NCBI GenBank assembly: GCA_002633005.1
Contig: NMRA01000010.1
Span: 1,723,298-1,787,297, forward strand
Direction: 5' to 3'
DNA length: 64,000 nucleotides
Origin: Phoronis australis
Lineage: Eukaryota; Animalia; Phoronida
Position numbers and translations under genes: made by a program. The notes under the pieces are model-generated. The model made no database searches, was not told the DNA's origin, and was given only the letters and a program-made list of their open reading frames with translations. This document shows, one piece after another, positions 23,865 through 35,334 of this stretch (position 1 is its first letter; the number at the start of each line of letters is the position of its first letter).

Positions 23865-26800
23865 TTTCAAGTGACCAAACGTCTCAGTACCACCCATTAC
23901 ATCATTTGGAAATATTTTTTTCTTTAAAATTAAAACATTCGCGACTATTTGGCATAAAAATGCTTATTTAATTAGATTTTATGGTATTCATTTCATATTA
24001 GCGAACTGAAACCCCAAAAACTAAGAAAATGCATGGTGGGAACTCTTTAAACGCGCGAAAGATTCTCGAGGCATGTGCCATCCTATCACACTAAGGCAAA
24101 TCTCACCACCTAAAACGCTAGGCCTGCGTTACGTATACCCAAGAAAATCGCAAAATTGCGAACGGGGTCAAATTAAGTATACTTTCTGAGTTCACCCACG
24201 TCATCGAACTTTCAGTGATGTTCACCGGATGTCACGAACCGACAAGAATGCATTTGAAAAACGACACCAGCGCGTAGGTGAAATCCCGCATTCAACATTG
24301 GCAGCTAAACTGTTGCGAAATGCCCCTAAAAGTACATCTTCCAAAATTACTTATCGTGCATATGAATAGTCGGCAAGAAAAGTAATTTTTTGAGAGCAGT
24401 CTCATCGCAGCTTAACGCTCTGTTGGGGGATTAAACCCCACTCTATGAATGGCAGTGTGTTCGATTGGCAACATCAACGTCCTAGATAATTTCAGCGAAT
24501 GTCTAGCAGACAACAAATGGCGATTTGTTATAAGATCGCAAAATCGCAACGGATAGCGTGGCTTTACAGCTGCGATCAAAGCTTATGACTTAAAGAAGAC
24601 CACCCCATCCACCAATAATCCCCAAATAAAATAGTATTACGTTTTTCAGCCATAAGGCTGATAAAGTCCTCTTAAAGTTGTGTTTCCGCACATGAAATTA
24701 CTGACAAGTTATCTCGAAATACTAGATTTTTAAATTTATTTTCCTCAGTCTGTCCCTGACCTGTATCATTTAAATAATTGATCATGCACGAGTCGTCAAT
24801 AATGCAAGAAATGAATTTAGAGAGAGTAATGGATATTAAAAGTGAACTAACTTGGCTAAAAGGTTTTGATGACATTAGACCTCACATTCACTAAAATTGC
24901 GTTTAAAAAGTCAATCGTGTGAAACTTGTGATCTTGATTGATACGAATCAATATCTAGGTGAGCATTTAAAATGTTGACACATCAATAATTAAGAAGAAA
25001 AATATATCATCACTTACAGTCACAGTGACCTCATGCCAACTTAACAAAACATAAACCACGTAGATGTAATTAGGTGACATTTCAAAGCACAATTTCAAAG
25101 TTGTATGCTTAGATAGAATTGCTTTGGTAAGCTTCAGTTTGGCCTGAGGAGGATGTTACCTTTTTGAGGGCGTTTTTGATCAATTTTGCATGTTTTAATT
25201 ACTAAATTTTGAGTCATATCAAACAATTTCAGTAAAAATGATATTATTTAAAATAGCAATTGTTTAAACGGCAAGAGGCAAGGTACTGAGCATGTTGTGA
25301 AAACGTCAATTTATCCGAGTAAAGTCTGTGGTTCTTCGCTCTTGCATTCTGATTCACACGTCCCGCATCCCATTTGAAACACTATTTTATGTTTTTTTTT
25401 ATAAAATTTGACTACAAAGTGAGAAGAACATGTCATATTTTCTAGAAACCCCATCCAGAAGATAGTATTATACTTTGAAGGCACCTGAGTTTTTATTTCC
25501 CTTCTGTCTATTTCAGTTTTTCTGCTTCGTTATACTCGTTCGACGGTATATTAAAATTTATAAATGTGAAGGTTTCCATTAGAACAAATTTTGGGAGCCA
25601 GGTGCGAAGAAGTGAGTTAGTTTTCGATTTATTACACCACTTTATATTCATCAATTCAGAACAAATGATCAGTTTCGTGAGTCGAAAGATATCACTTGTA
25701 CATTCATATTTCGCAACTTTCGGCCCCGTTTGTCTTTGCCTTATATTACTATTTTTCGAAAAGTGGGAGAGGCTTAAGTGGAAACACCATTACATATCGA
25801 GTTCGTTCGCTACAAAGTTCGTCCATTTGCGTGTGACGTTTTCGTGTACGTGCGAGATTTTGGTTCCGTTATTTTTACTTTTTCTTATACATTTATCTTT
25901 AAAGTATAAGTATAAGTATCAAAATGTGTGTGAGATTTGACTTTACTTTACTTTTTCGGAATAAACTTGACGTTCTGAACGAAATCCATTTTATGAGGTA
26001 TCAAACAAAAATGAAATGCAAAGAATATCTTTAAGACTCAAAAGACATAACACCAAAAAATTGTCTCAGTAAAGACGGAAATTTGGATTACGTTAAGACC
26101 GAAGACGAACATTCATGAAAGACCGTTTCATAAACCAAGACGGTTTTTGGTCTTTGGTCTTAGCACAAATTGAGGCTTTGCCGCAAGAGATGGTATTAAA
26201 CGCGGGTTCGCCACCTGCTGGTTATTCACAAAACTAATCATGGCGATGTGTGAAATAAAGTCTGTTTCAAGAAAACTGACTCAGCTAAGACAAATCTTAA
26301 ATTTCAGTCATTTTTAAGATAAAACTTAATTTCGAGAAAGTGATCTTAATTTAGAGTAAGATTTTGACTTAAGTTTTTTACTTAAGTTCAACTAACTCAC
26401 CGCATGTGGAAGTTTCAAATTTTAGAAGTTGAGACAAATCTTAGACTTAAATCAAAAACGAGCTTACGTCAGTTTTTTGGAATGAAACCTTGAGCTATAA
26501 ACTCTAATGGGATTCATTTATATCATCTGGAGCCGTAAGTACCACTGGAATCCTGTTTACTTGAAAAGACTCCGGTATGATGCAAAATATCACTTCAGAC
26601 ATGCAATATCAGAATAATTACGCAAAGTTGATGTACATTAAACATATGTATTCAGTCAAATTGGCGAAAATATTGAAAATTTGGATTTTGAAAAACTAAA
26701 ACCTCTGTCTGTGTGTATCAATGCTCTGACCAAACTTCGTTTGATATAGATGTTCAAGATGGAATCTTAAAAGCGCTGTTACAGTTTTAAAAATTATCAA

Positions 26801-28509
26801 TTCGTTATCATTTTATTCAATTTTTGAGCTCTTTTCTTCTTAAAAATCATAAAAATCCTATATTTGATAGCCCTTCGTGCATTTTATAAACAGCTTCTAA
26901 CAGCGTTTCATAGATCAGAGCATAAAGCACGGTGGCTGAACTTTTCACATGTATCCAGTTAGCCATTTCTGAGATATGATGTCTTTAGAAGTTAACCAAA
27001 TTCAGATGTTTTTCTAGGGTCCCAAAAAACCTTACAATTGCCTTTATGCAAATGCAATATTTGATCTGACAGCTCATTAAATGTCTCATAAAGGCTTCGG
27101 ATCACGCCTCATACATGTAGTCAAATCCTTTCCAAAAATTCGGATCCATACACAGACATTGAAAACGCATTGACAAATCACGTGGTGATATTTTAAATCT
27201 CACGGTTGATCCCACTTATTATTTTAAGTTAGGAGTAGTTCAGGGTGCATGGTCTTTTTGGTACCCCTCTAAGCCCGTCTCTGTGAGATTCCCATGAAGC
27301 CCACGATATCTCGCGTGGACTTGTGCATAGGCATGATAGGTTGGTTGCGGATGGGTTACACCAGAATTAACTTTAACAGGTCTAAATGCCTAAAATTTCT
27401 TCGACGGAAGGACCCATGACCCCCAAGCGATAGTTTTAGTCCCACGCTCCTTCTTGGATGGCCACTGTCATTCAACCAGAATCGACGGGCGATCCCTTAC
27501 AGATTTTAAAGAATGTCTTCCATGTCAATATGCAAAAGCACGAAATGAGTGTAGTTTTTATGCATTGGGTTGATGTGACTGAGATCAGAATGTTAACAAT
27601 GACAATTGTGAGCCGAATGCAGCGCACTGAACATGAGAAGAATGAATCCTATTTTTCCGACATGTAATCGCGAGAGTGAACCTCTGATGGGGTTGGCGGC
27701 ACTGGTCACGTAATGCGTTGGTTGAATACCAGCCACGTTTAAGGCGACGTTGTACTCACAGACTTCATCTGGGTTCAAGCCTGTCGAAAGGAAACTGTTT
27801 ATAAGTATAAGGAAGCCTCATTTTCAAACAAATTCATCAAAATTGTCACATCTCAAACAGACTGAGGTTGTCATATTTTCTGAGCTAGACTCCTTGAACC
27901 ATCTTTTAATTTTTAGCAGATCGGTTTTCATATGATTGCGATAGATGAAAGTTTGTCACAAACGAACGCAAACACAACTTGCAATTTATAGGAGCTAGGA
28001 TGTTGGGTAAGACAGAACCACATATATTGTGTCTTAAATAACTTTGGAGATAAATTGAGACATTGTCTGGGGAATACGTTAAACGGGTAAACACATTATT
28101 TTCGAAATCGGAAGATGGCGTCTTTAAAATTTTTCAAGTCCGTTGTGATGTGTTGGTAATGTAATGCAATTTCTACGATAGTCTTTTATTTATCTTCGTC
28201 CTGAATGTGACTTCAATCAATGACCTGAGAGTCATCTAATCAGCGCGATTTCAGATCCTCGTACATTTCGTTTATGTAATTATTTAATGCCGTTACAACT
28301 TGCTTTGCCGAGTTCGTGCATGTGCCGTGTACCCATTTGGAACACATCCGGAATTTTGTTGGCCTAAAATGTCATCCGGAACACTTTGAGAACTTTCGTT
28401 GCCTCGCATCTCCTCTCGTCTGCGAACTTTAGTCATACAACCAATCATTCATCAGTTTGAAAGTCACATGATTTGTTATATGAGAGAAGTACGCACATGC
28501 GCAGATAAC

Positions 28510-28766
28510 CTTTGAGGTTACGAAAATAACCAAGGTCTACTGTGCACACGCCCTCCTTGCGATCAACCACCGTAATGCTGTATTCCCAGAGGCCAAGATT
28601 TAACAATATTACGTTTCGTGTGAGTTGAATTGTGAAATGGCAAGCTGAAAACAACATTGACTGACGCATAAAGAATACCTGGTATGGTGAATTCCAACAC
28701 GACTGTAGGTCATGAAATATTCACTAGGTGTGTTAAGTTTAATAGGATTTTTATTGGCTTGGAAGC
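28510..28766 (-). CDS. Putative exons 2-3 of the Ig-like gene (28766-28725 and 28644-28510)
   Basis: Acceptors TGTTTCAG and GTTTTCAG give phase-1-compatible frames (GFQANKNPIKLNTP; CHFTIQLTRNVILLNLGLWEYSITVVDRKEGVCTVDLGYFRNLK). Donors GTGAAT and GTTATC are weak. Confidence 0.35.
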
Positions 28767-29197
28767 CTGAAACAGTCAATGTTTTTTAAATGATTAACCT
28801 GTTTTGTCACGGTCGCACTGTACGGTTTTTCCAGGTCTATTTTGTGTGTCTTTAGTGTGATTTCCATAGGGGGTAAACGAAGCCAATACAATAGCAAACG
28901 GAAAGTGATGAATACATATATTATCATGAGAAATATCTTTGTTGCAGCGATCCGTCAAGTGGTGCATTTGAGGTGCATGTGGACGAAAAGCGTTTGTGGA
29001 GGTGCTTGAGATCTAGTTTGGTATTTCAAAAATAAACCTCATTTAAAGCTAGCTAACTGAACGAAAGGGTCCGTGCATGGTCTGATAGCAATGGCATTAC
29101 GCCATCACAGGACACGATACAATCGTTGAACAATCGTAATACCAAGCTGAAGACAAGTTCCGAGAAACAGCCTAGGCCTCTGATACAATCAACCTAC

Positions 29198-29597
29198 CCA
29201 TTATTTTGAAATAATATAACCCAATGTCTTCTTGCGTCACATCTTGCAATTGCCAACGGAGATATGTGATTGGTCCATTGGTGATCGACGTAAAGAGAAG
29301 CCTGCCAACAAAAGATCCGTAGTTTTTAGAACGTGGCCTAAACAAATCGAGAGTGAGTCTCATTTTCAAATAGCCGGCTTCCGGGGCAGTGCGGTTGAGT
29401 TTGAACAAATCTACGTAATTAATAAACTCTAACCCTTGTATTCTTAGTTCAAATACTGGATCTTCTTCGATCTCAACAAAAATGTTGCGAGGAGGGTATA
29501 TTTTATACGAAAACTTGTAATCCAGGAAGTTTCGAACGCTGCTAATTGCAGAACCAATCAAAATCAATTTTATCAGAGTGCAATGATGGAAGTCCAT
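29198..29597 (-). CDS. Exon 1 of a probable secreted or membrane protein with a divergent Ig V-like domain
   Basis: 133 open codons, hydrophobic N-terminus (LIKLILIGSAISS), Ig-like F-strand pattern GRL...LRWQLQDVTQEDIGLYYF, phase-1 donor G|GTAGGT at 29198. Confidence 0.6.
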
Positions 29598-31200
29598 TTA
29601 AAAATATGAAATTTGCGCCTGCGTTTGCTGAATGGCAAATGTTGACTCAATGATAGTTAGATGATTGTGACGTCATATGTCAAGAAACTGCTCACATATG
29701 ATGTTCTGTTGTGTAATCTTTTACTTGCTTTAGCGAATGTTCACGTAGCGATCATTTACTCCAAGTTCGCCGCCGAGCGTTAAAAAGTATTGCCAGGCAC
29801 ACCCCAAAAATATGAGGCATAATAAGCCAGCTGCATAAAAAAGTCACAAATAGGAACTCAAGTAGTAAGTTCCCTAAATCTTTTGCCTATTTGTGCCTTT
29901 GATTACTTACGGATGTAAACTTTTCCTATTATTTCATCTTTATTATGAGCTCCGGTTTGGCTAATGGCATTTTCTACTCATTCCTCCGTGATCCCGCCAT
30001 ATGGCGCGACTGTATGTTTTCACTCAGGGCCTGATGCCGTCTGGAGGAGTTATCTAAACAATGTACCTCACGGGCGGATCACGCTTTCAGGAGGGATAGA
30101 AGGCAGCAATTTATTGGTTTGAGTTTAAATGTATCTAGTGTATTCCCTTACCTAGCCAGCACGCAGATATCACGCAGTGGCACATGCTTCACCATTGGTT
30201 GATGCAACCTCAGCAGTCATTGGTTAGCTTTATAACACCGTGAAAAAATGGCAGATTGTGAACGATTTTTAGCCTTGTCATGCAAGTGGAGTCGCAGCAA
30301 CTATTTCGTTTCTGCAGTGATATTTAATAGCCGCGTGCTTGAAGCACGTACAATACTGAGCACATCTAGCGGCACGCAGGGAACCAGCGAGGGGTATTCC
30401 CAGTTTTCTATCCAATAAGGATTGAGACATCAGACTCTGTATTAACTCATTGTTTGTGAACTTAATGCCTATTGGCTGTTATTTCTGGACTTCAGAACCA
30501 TTTCTTCACAAGCCAATTATCAATTCAAGGAAAAAAACAGGAAGCGTGTTAACTTTGTAGAGGTTAGTAACTGTTGAAAGATAGAGATGTTCTTCCAAGA
30601 AATATTGTATGTTTGTTTCATTTGAAGACTAGATTGAAGCTAATTGCTCTGAATTGGAGCCTAATTGGTGTTACATAACACTGCTGTCACCACTTAATCA
30701 TCGGCTAGGGTGCCCCTGTTCATTTTTAAACAGGAGCACGACATCGCTTAAAACTTCCTTCCAGAACAGAGTGTTGGTTCCTTCAGCTATTTTTTTAAGG
30801 AAAGCGTCTCCCATTTTAAAAAAGTTATCAACTTTACAACCCAAAACTGCCACTGCAAAGTCACGTATGGTATTTGAGGTAAATAGTTTATGAAGCCACG
30901 ATATTTTCAACAGTACTTAATAAAAAACTAAAATCCATTTTTAAACCACCATGGTCCTGATTTTGTAAAATTTCATTTCGGCTAACTCTGTCATTGTTCC
31001 CAATCCAAATGAAGCCAAAAAAATCGCTCTAATTCTTGAATCATGTCAATGGAGGGGCTTTGGAGGGTTTGAAGCAAATGAACAGTCTTGGGCTATAAGA
31101 GTGTCTCAACTACAGTTATTTTACCTAAAACAGTAAGAATTCTTCTTGACCAAGACCCAACCATTTTCTTAATTTCCAAAAGCCTGCCACTATACATGTA

Positions 31201-34200
31201 AGTCGCCACTTCTGGTGAGCCCTAATAAGGTCACCAAAGAGGACTAAAGTTGGAAAATTGGGGGGTAGTCTGTGACGTTGACCTTAAACCTTGACCCCGC
31301 AGGAGACAGGAACCTACAAATAAGACACATTTGAAAACTTGCCCTTAACCTTGCTTTGAAAATGTCTCGGTTTGGTAGTCTTCAGGTTATTGGTCATGAA
31401 CATATGACTTCGAAAAACCGTAGTTCATCTTGGCACAACTTTTCTGATATTGCGAAGGGGGTATGTGAGTTTGGTGCACTCCTGGGCCCTTACCAAGGCC
31501 AAGAAAAGTATGATACCTACATTTGTAGAGGGGCGAGACAAGGGGCTATTAGATGCACAAAGAATTTTTAAAATCGAAGACAAAAAGGTTTTCGACCAAA
31601 AAAAAAACCTAGGGGTTTTTGGGGGCCGAAAAAATTTTTGTCTCCAATTACAAAAATTCTTTCCCAGAGGGATGAGGAATGCCGAGAAACTAAGGCCTAC
31701 CAAGTTTGAGTTTGATTCGATCATTAATGAGGTCACACGGCAAAATCAAAGTTGAAAGACGTCATTTTGAGACCTTTTTCCCCCCTAAATTGTTTTAACC
31801 CCGATTTCAAAACTTCTTTCATCGTTGGATAGCCTTTTACTTACTGACTCCAAAAACGTAAGTCGCCGTTTCTGGTGAGCCCTAACAAGGTCACGGCAGA
31901 GGACTAAATTTGGAAAATTGGGGGCGGGGTAGTCTGTGACGTTGACCTTAAACCTTGACCCCGCAGAAGACAGAGACCTACAAATAAGACGCATTTGAAA
32001 ACTTGCCCTTAACCTTGCTTTGAAAATGTCTCGATTTGGTAGTCTTCAGGTTATTGGTCATGAACATATGACTTCGAAAAACCGTAGTTCATCTTGGCAC
32101 AACTTTTCTGTTATTGCGAAGGGGGTATGTGAGTTTGAGGCAGTCCTGGGCCCTTACTAAGGCCAAGAAAAGTATGATACCTACATTTGTAGAGGGGGGA
32201 GACAAGGGGCTATTAGATGCACCAAGAATTTTTAAAATCGAAGACAAAAAGGTTTTCGAAAAAAAAAACCTAGGCCTATAGTCCAGGGGTTTTGAGGGGC
32301 AAAAAAATTTTTGTCTCCAATTACAAAAATTCCTTACCAGATGGGCGAGGAATGCCGAGAAACTAAGGCCTAGCAAGTTTGAGTTTGATTGGATCATTAA
32401 TGAGGTCACACGGGAACATCAATGTTGAAAGACGTCATTTTGAGACCTTTTTCCCACCTAAAATTTTTTGACCCCGATTTCAAAACATCTTTCATCGTTG
32501 GATAGGCTTTTACTTACTGACTCCAAAAACGTAAGTCGCCACTTCTGGTGAGCCCTAATAAGGTCACGGCAGAGGTCTAATGTTGGAACATTGGGGCGGT
32601 AGTCTTTGACGTTGACCTTAAAACTTGACCCCGCAGGAGACAGGGACCTACAAATAGGACGCATTTGAAAACTTGCCCTTAACCTTGTTTTCAAAATGTC
32701 TCGGTTTGGTAGTCTTCAGGTTATTGGTCATGAACACATGACTTCGAAAAACCGTAGTTCATCTTGGCAAAACTTTTCTGATATTGCGAAGGTGGTATGT
32801 GAGTTTGGGGCACTCCTGGGCCCTTACTAAGGCCAAGAAAAGTATGATACCTACATTTGTAGAGGTGGGAGGCAAGGGGCTATTAGATGAACAAAGAATT
32901 TTTAAAATCGAAAACAAAAAGGTTTTCTACCAAAAAAACCTAGGCCTATAGTCCAGGGGTTTCAGGGGGCCGAAAAAATTTTGTTTCCAATTACAAAAAT
33001 TCTTTACCAGATGGACGAGGAATGCCGAGAAACTAAGGCCTACCAAGTTTGAGTTTGATTGGATCATTAATGAGGTCACACGGGAACATCAAAGTTGAAA
33101 GACGTCATTTTGTGACCTTTTTCCCGCCTAAAAGTTTTTGACCCCAATTTCAAAACTTCTTTCATCGTCGGATAAAATTTTACTTAGTGACTCCAAAAAC
33201 GTAAGTCGCCACTTTTGGTGAACCCTAATAAGGTCGCGGCAGAGGACTAAAGCTGGAAAATTGGGGGGTAGTCTGTGACGTTGACCTTAAACCTTGACCC
33301 CGCAGGAGACAGGGACCTACAGTAAGACCTATTTGATAACTTGCCCTTAACCTTGCTTTTAAAATGTCTCGGTTTGCTAATCTTCAGGTTATTGGTCATG
33401 AACATATGATTTCGAAAAACCGTAGTTCATCTTGGCACAACTTTTCTGATATTGCGAAGGGGGTATGTGAGTTTGGGGCACTCCTGGGCCATTACTAAGG
33501 CCAAGAAAAATATGATAATAACATTTGTAGAGGGGGGAGACAAGGGGCTATTAGATGCACAAAGAATTTTTAAAATCGAAGACAAAAAGATTTTCGACCA
33601 AAAAAAAAACCTAGGCCTATAGTCCAGGAGGTTTTGGGGGACGAAAAATTGTTTCTCTCCAATTACAAAAATTCTTTCACAGATGGACGAGGAATGCCGA
33701 GAAACTAAGGCCTACAAAGTTTGAGTTTGATTGGATCATTAATGAGGTCACACGGGAACATCAAAGTTGAAAGACGTCATTTTGTGACCTTTTTCCCGCC
33801 TAAAAGTTTTTGACCCCAATTTCAAAACTTCTTTCATCGTTGGATAAAATTTTACTTAGTGACTCCAAAAACGTAAGTCGCCACTTTTGGTGAACCCTAA
33901 TAAGGTCGCGGCAGAGGACTAAAGCTGGAAAATTGGGGGGTAGTCTGTGACGTTGACCTTAAACCTTGACCCCGCAGGAGACAGGGACCTACAGTAAGAC
34001 CTATTTGATAACTTGCCCTTAACCTTGCTTTTAAAATGTCTCGGTTTGCTAATCTTCAGGTTATTGGTCATGAACATATGATTTCGAAAAACCGTAGTTC
34101 ATCTTGGCACAACTTTTCTGATATTGCGAAGGGGGTATGTGAGTTTGGGGCACTCCTGGGCCATTACTAAGGCCAAGAAAAATATGATAATAACATTTGT

Positions 34201-35334
34201 AGAGGGGGGAGACAAGGGGCTATTAGATGCACAAAGAATTTTTAAAATCGAAGACAAAAAGATTTTCGACCAAAAAAAAANGTCGTGCTTACTTCCTCTC
34301 ATAGAAGCACCCTTTTTACGCAATCTCAGACTCAGTTGGCACGGCTGCAAGCCATTTCACCATGTATTTAAAGGGATCGCGAAATCGAGGCTGTTGATTT
34401 ATCACCACTAGTACACGCACGCCCTCTAGTTATTGTAGATTTTCCGAATAGCCCCATTGCAAAAATTCTTTCCTAGATGGACGAGGAATGCCGAGAAACT
34501 AAGGCCTACCAAGTTTGAGTTTGATTGGATCATTAATGAGGTCACACGGCAAGATCAAAGTTGAAAGACGTCTTTTTGAGACCTTTTTCCCGCCTAAAAC
34601 TTTTTTGACCCCGATTTCAAAACTTCTTTTATTGTTGGATAGCCTTTTACTTACTGACTCCAAAAACGTAAGTCGCCTCTTCTGGTGAGCCCTAATAAGG
34701 TCACGGCAGAGGACTAAATTTGGAAAATTGGGGGGGTAGTCTGTGACCTTGACCTTAAGCCTTGACCCTGCAGGAGACAGGGACTTACAAATAAGACGCA
34801 TTTTAAAACTTGCCTTTAACCTTGCTTTGAACATGTCTCGGTTTGGTAGTCTTCAGGTTATTGGTCATGAACATATGACTTCGAAAAACCGTAGTTCATC
34901 TTGTCACAACTTTTCTGATATTGCGATGTGGGTATGTGAGTTTGGGGCACTCCTGGGCCCTTACTAAGGCCAAGAAAAGTACGATACCTATATTTGTAGA
35001 GGGGGGAGACAAGGGGCTATTAGATGCACAAAGAATTTTTAAAATCGAAGACAAAAAGGTTTTCGACCAAAAAAAACCTAGGCCAGGGGTTTTTGTGGGC
35101 CGAAAAAATTTTTGTCTCCAATTACAAAAATTCTTTCCCAGATGGACGAGGAATGCCGAGAAACTAAGGCCTACCAAGTTTGAGTTTGATTGGATCATTA
35201 ATGAGGTCACACGGCAAGATCAAATTTGAAAGACGTCATTTTGAGACCTTTTTCCCGCCTAAAACTTTTTGACCCCGATTTCAAAACTTCTTTCATCGTT
35301 GGATAGCCTTTTACTTACTGACTCCAAAAACGTA
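31201..35334. repeat. Head-to-tail array of a ~660-673-bp non-coding unit (at least 6 copies, N gap at 34281)
   Basis: Units start AGTCGCC at 31201, 31861, 32534, 33204, 33876 and 34671 and end CTCCAAAAACGTA; copies are similar but not identical; no ORF is conserved across copies. Confidence 0.95.
34282..34455. mobile_element. Right end of a probable TIR element inserted in one array unit (rest lost in gap)
   Basis: Non-array sequence ends TTTTCCGAATAGCCCC|ATTGCAAAAA and rejoins the unit at its AATTACAAAAA site; a CC terminus plus AT is ISL2EU-like. Confidence 0.45.

Larger units (their letters stand above)
22952..24046. mobile_element. Kolobok-like DNA transposon, internal-deletion derivative
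   Basis: 13-bp perfect TIR AGAGTTCCCACCA, TTAA on both flanks (22948-22951, 24047-24050), purine-purine termini, THAP remnant inside. Confidence 0.85.

Noticed and set aside
33204-34280. Extra-young duplication inside the 665-bp array
   Set aside because: Units at 33204 and 33876 look identical and run into the N gap, so one may be an assembly overlap; copy number is uncertain.
31356-35229. Repeated 70-110-aa ORFs in the tandem array as a protein family
   Set aside because: Frames are broken by indels and stops that differ between copies; no recognisable domain.
31201-35334. CRISPR-like array
   Set aside because: No short repeats with unique spacers, units are fully homologous, no cas genes, eukaryotic context.
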